DNA from: an uncultured Anaerolineae bacterium
GTDB taxonomy: Bacteria; Chloroflexota; Anaerolineae; Aggregatilineales; UBA3940
Assembly (NCBI GenBank): GCA_964439625.1
Contig: CAYTPI010000019.1
Coordinates: 73-64,072 of the forward strand
Direction: 5' to 3'
Length of the DNA stretch: 64,000 nucleotides
The notes below the pieces were generated by a model. It had not been told where the DNA came from and searched no databases. It saw only the letters and a list, made by a program, of their open reading frames with translations. Shown piece by piece: positions 63,632 to 64,000 of this stretch. Each line of letters begins with the position of its first letter. Positions within the stretch are counted from its first letter, which is position 1. The position numbers and the translations under genes are program-made.

Positions 63632-64000
63632 TCAGATGCTGTACTTTGGAATGCTCTCTTGTTGTAGCAACGCGCTAAGGTAGCGGTATTGTTGTTCGCT
63701 GTGATGCCGGATGTATACGAACAAAGGCAGATACATCAAAGCGATCATCAGGGCGGGCAGTACAGCCAGCAGCAGCATGGACGGGTCAAGTTGGCCCAGT
63801 TCGGCTGTCTGGCGGAGTGCTATAATCAGGATTGCTAAGGTAGTAGCACACATGCTGTACCAGCTCAGAGCAAAACCCAATAGACCACGGCTCCAGCGCA
63901 CCTGCACATTGATTTGCGTACCCGCTTCGTAGGGCTGTAACGTACCGTGATAGTAGAGCAGAGCAGGGTCGTTGACTTGCTCACTGCGATCATCACCACG
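63632..64000 (-). CDS. hypothetical membrane protein, 5'-partial (reading frame open to the window edge)
   Basis: The frame of ORF 63632..63907 stays open for all 31 upstream codons to position 64000. The C-terminal part has two TM helices. Confidence 0.35.
   Translation of the reverse strand, partial: RGDDRSEQVNDPALLYYHGTLQPYEAGTQINVQVRWSRGLLGFALSWYSMCATTLAILIIALRQTAELGQLDPSMLLLAVLPALMIALMYLPLFVYIRHHSEQQYRYLSALLQQESIPKYSI

Noticed and set aside
1-64000. A search for CRISPR arrays, transposases, integrases, phage genes, rRNA and tRNA genes.
   Set aside because: I saw no regularly spaced repeat arrays, no DDE or tyrosine-recombinase-like ORFs, and no tRNA or rRNA-like sequences on either strand by eye. 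A computational scan (tRNAscan, Infernal) should confirm this.

Overview
About 64 kb of bacterial chromosome at mid GC (roughly 50-55% by eye). I support about 55 protein genes. I saw no rRNA, tRNA, CRISPR array, transposase or integrase. The gene content suggests a Chloroflexota-like lineage, but that is inference only: PT-linker lipoproteins, many GT-C-type polytopic membrane proteins, a PATAN/small-GTPase pair, a Thermus-type long isocitrate dehydrogenase, and a Rieske/cyt b/diheme cyt c complex. Housekeeping genes are asnS, coaX, icd, a phosphohexomutase, a pyruvate-kinase-like gene, qcrABC-like genes and ccmCD. Six accessory blocks stand out. (1) At 23671..26478 (minus) is a tightly coupled three-gene unit. 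It encodes a retropepsin-like (DUF785) domain fused to a 7TM module, then a RimK-related ATP-grasp ligase, then a single-pass protein whose C-terminus is a ~90-aa genome-encoded D/E/G tail built from tandem DNA repeats. This is my top candidate for an undescribed ligase/substrate system. (2) At 33267..45454 (minus) five tandem paralogs of an ArnT/PMT-like GT-C membrane protein are followed by a GNAT; four carry a conserved C-terminal beta-rich module, and a sixth paralog sits at 12206..13765. (3) At 52082..57480 is a second membrane-protein array, consisting of two paralogs flanking a third protein plus a C-terminal remnant of another copy. (4) A P450/SDR/hydrolase/LtrA islet around an AraC regulator is bracketed by two copies of a near-identical 40-nt operator-like module. 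(5) A standalone eRF1/Pelota-like (baeRF-type) protein lies at 13860..15008. (6) Several genes are decayed: a histidine kinase frameshifted in a homopolymer inside its H-box, a TPR lipoprotein with a frameshift and a nonsense codon, and a paralog remnant. All family assignments come from reading motifs by eye and need HMM or structure confirmation.
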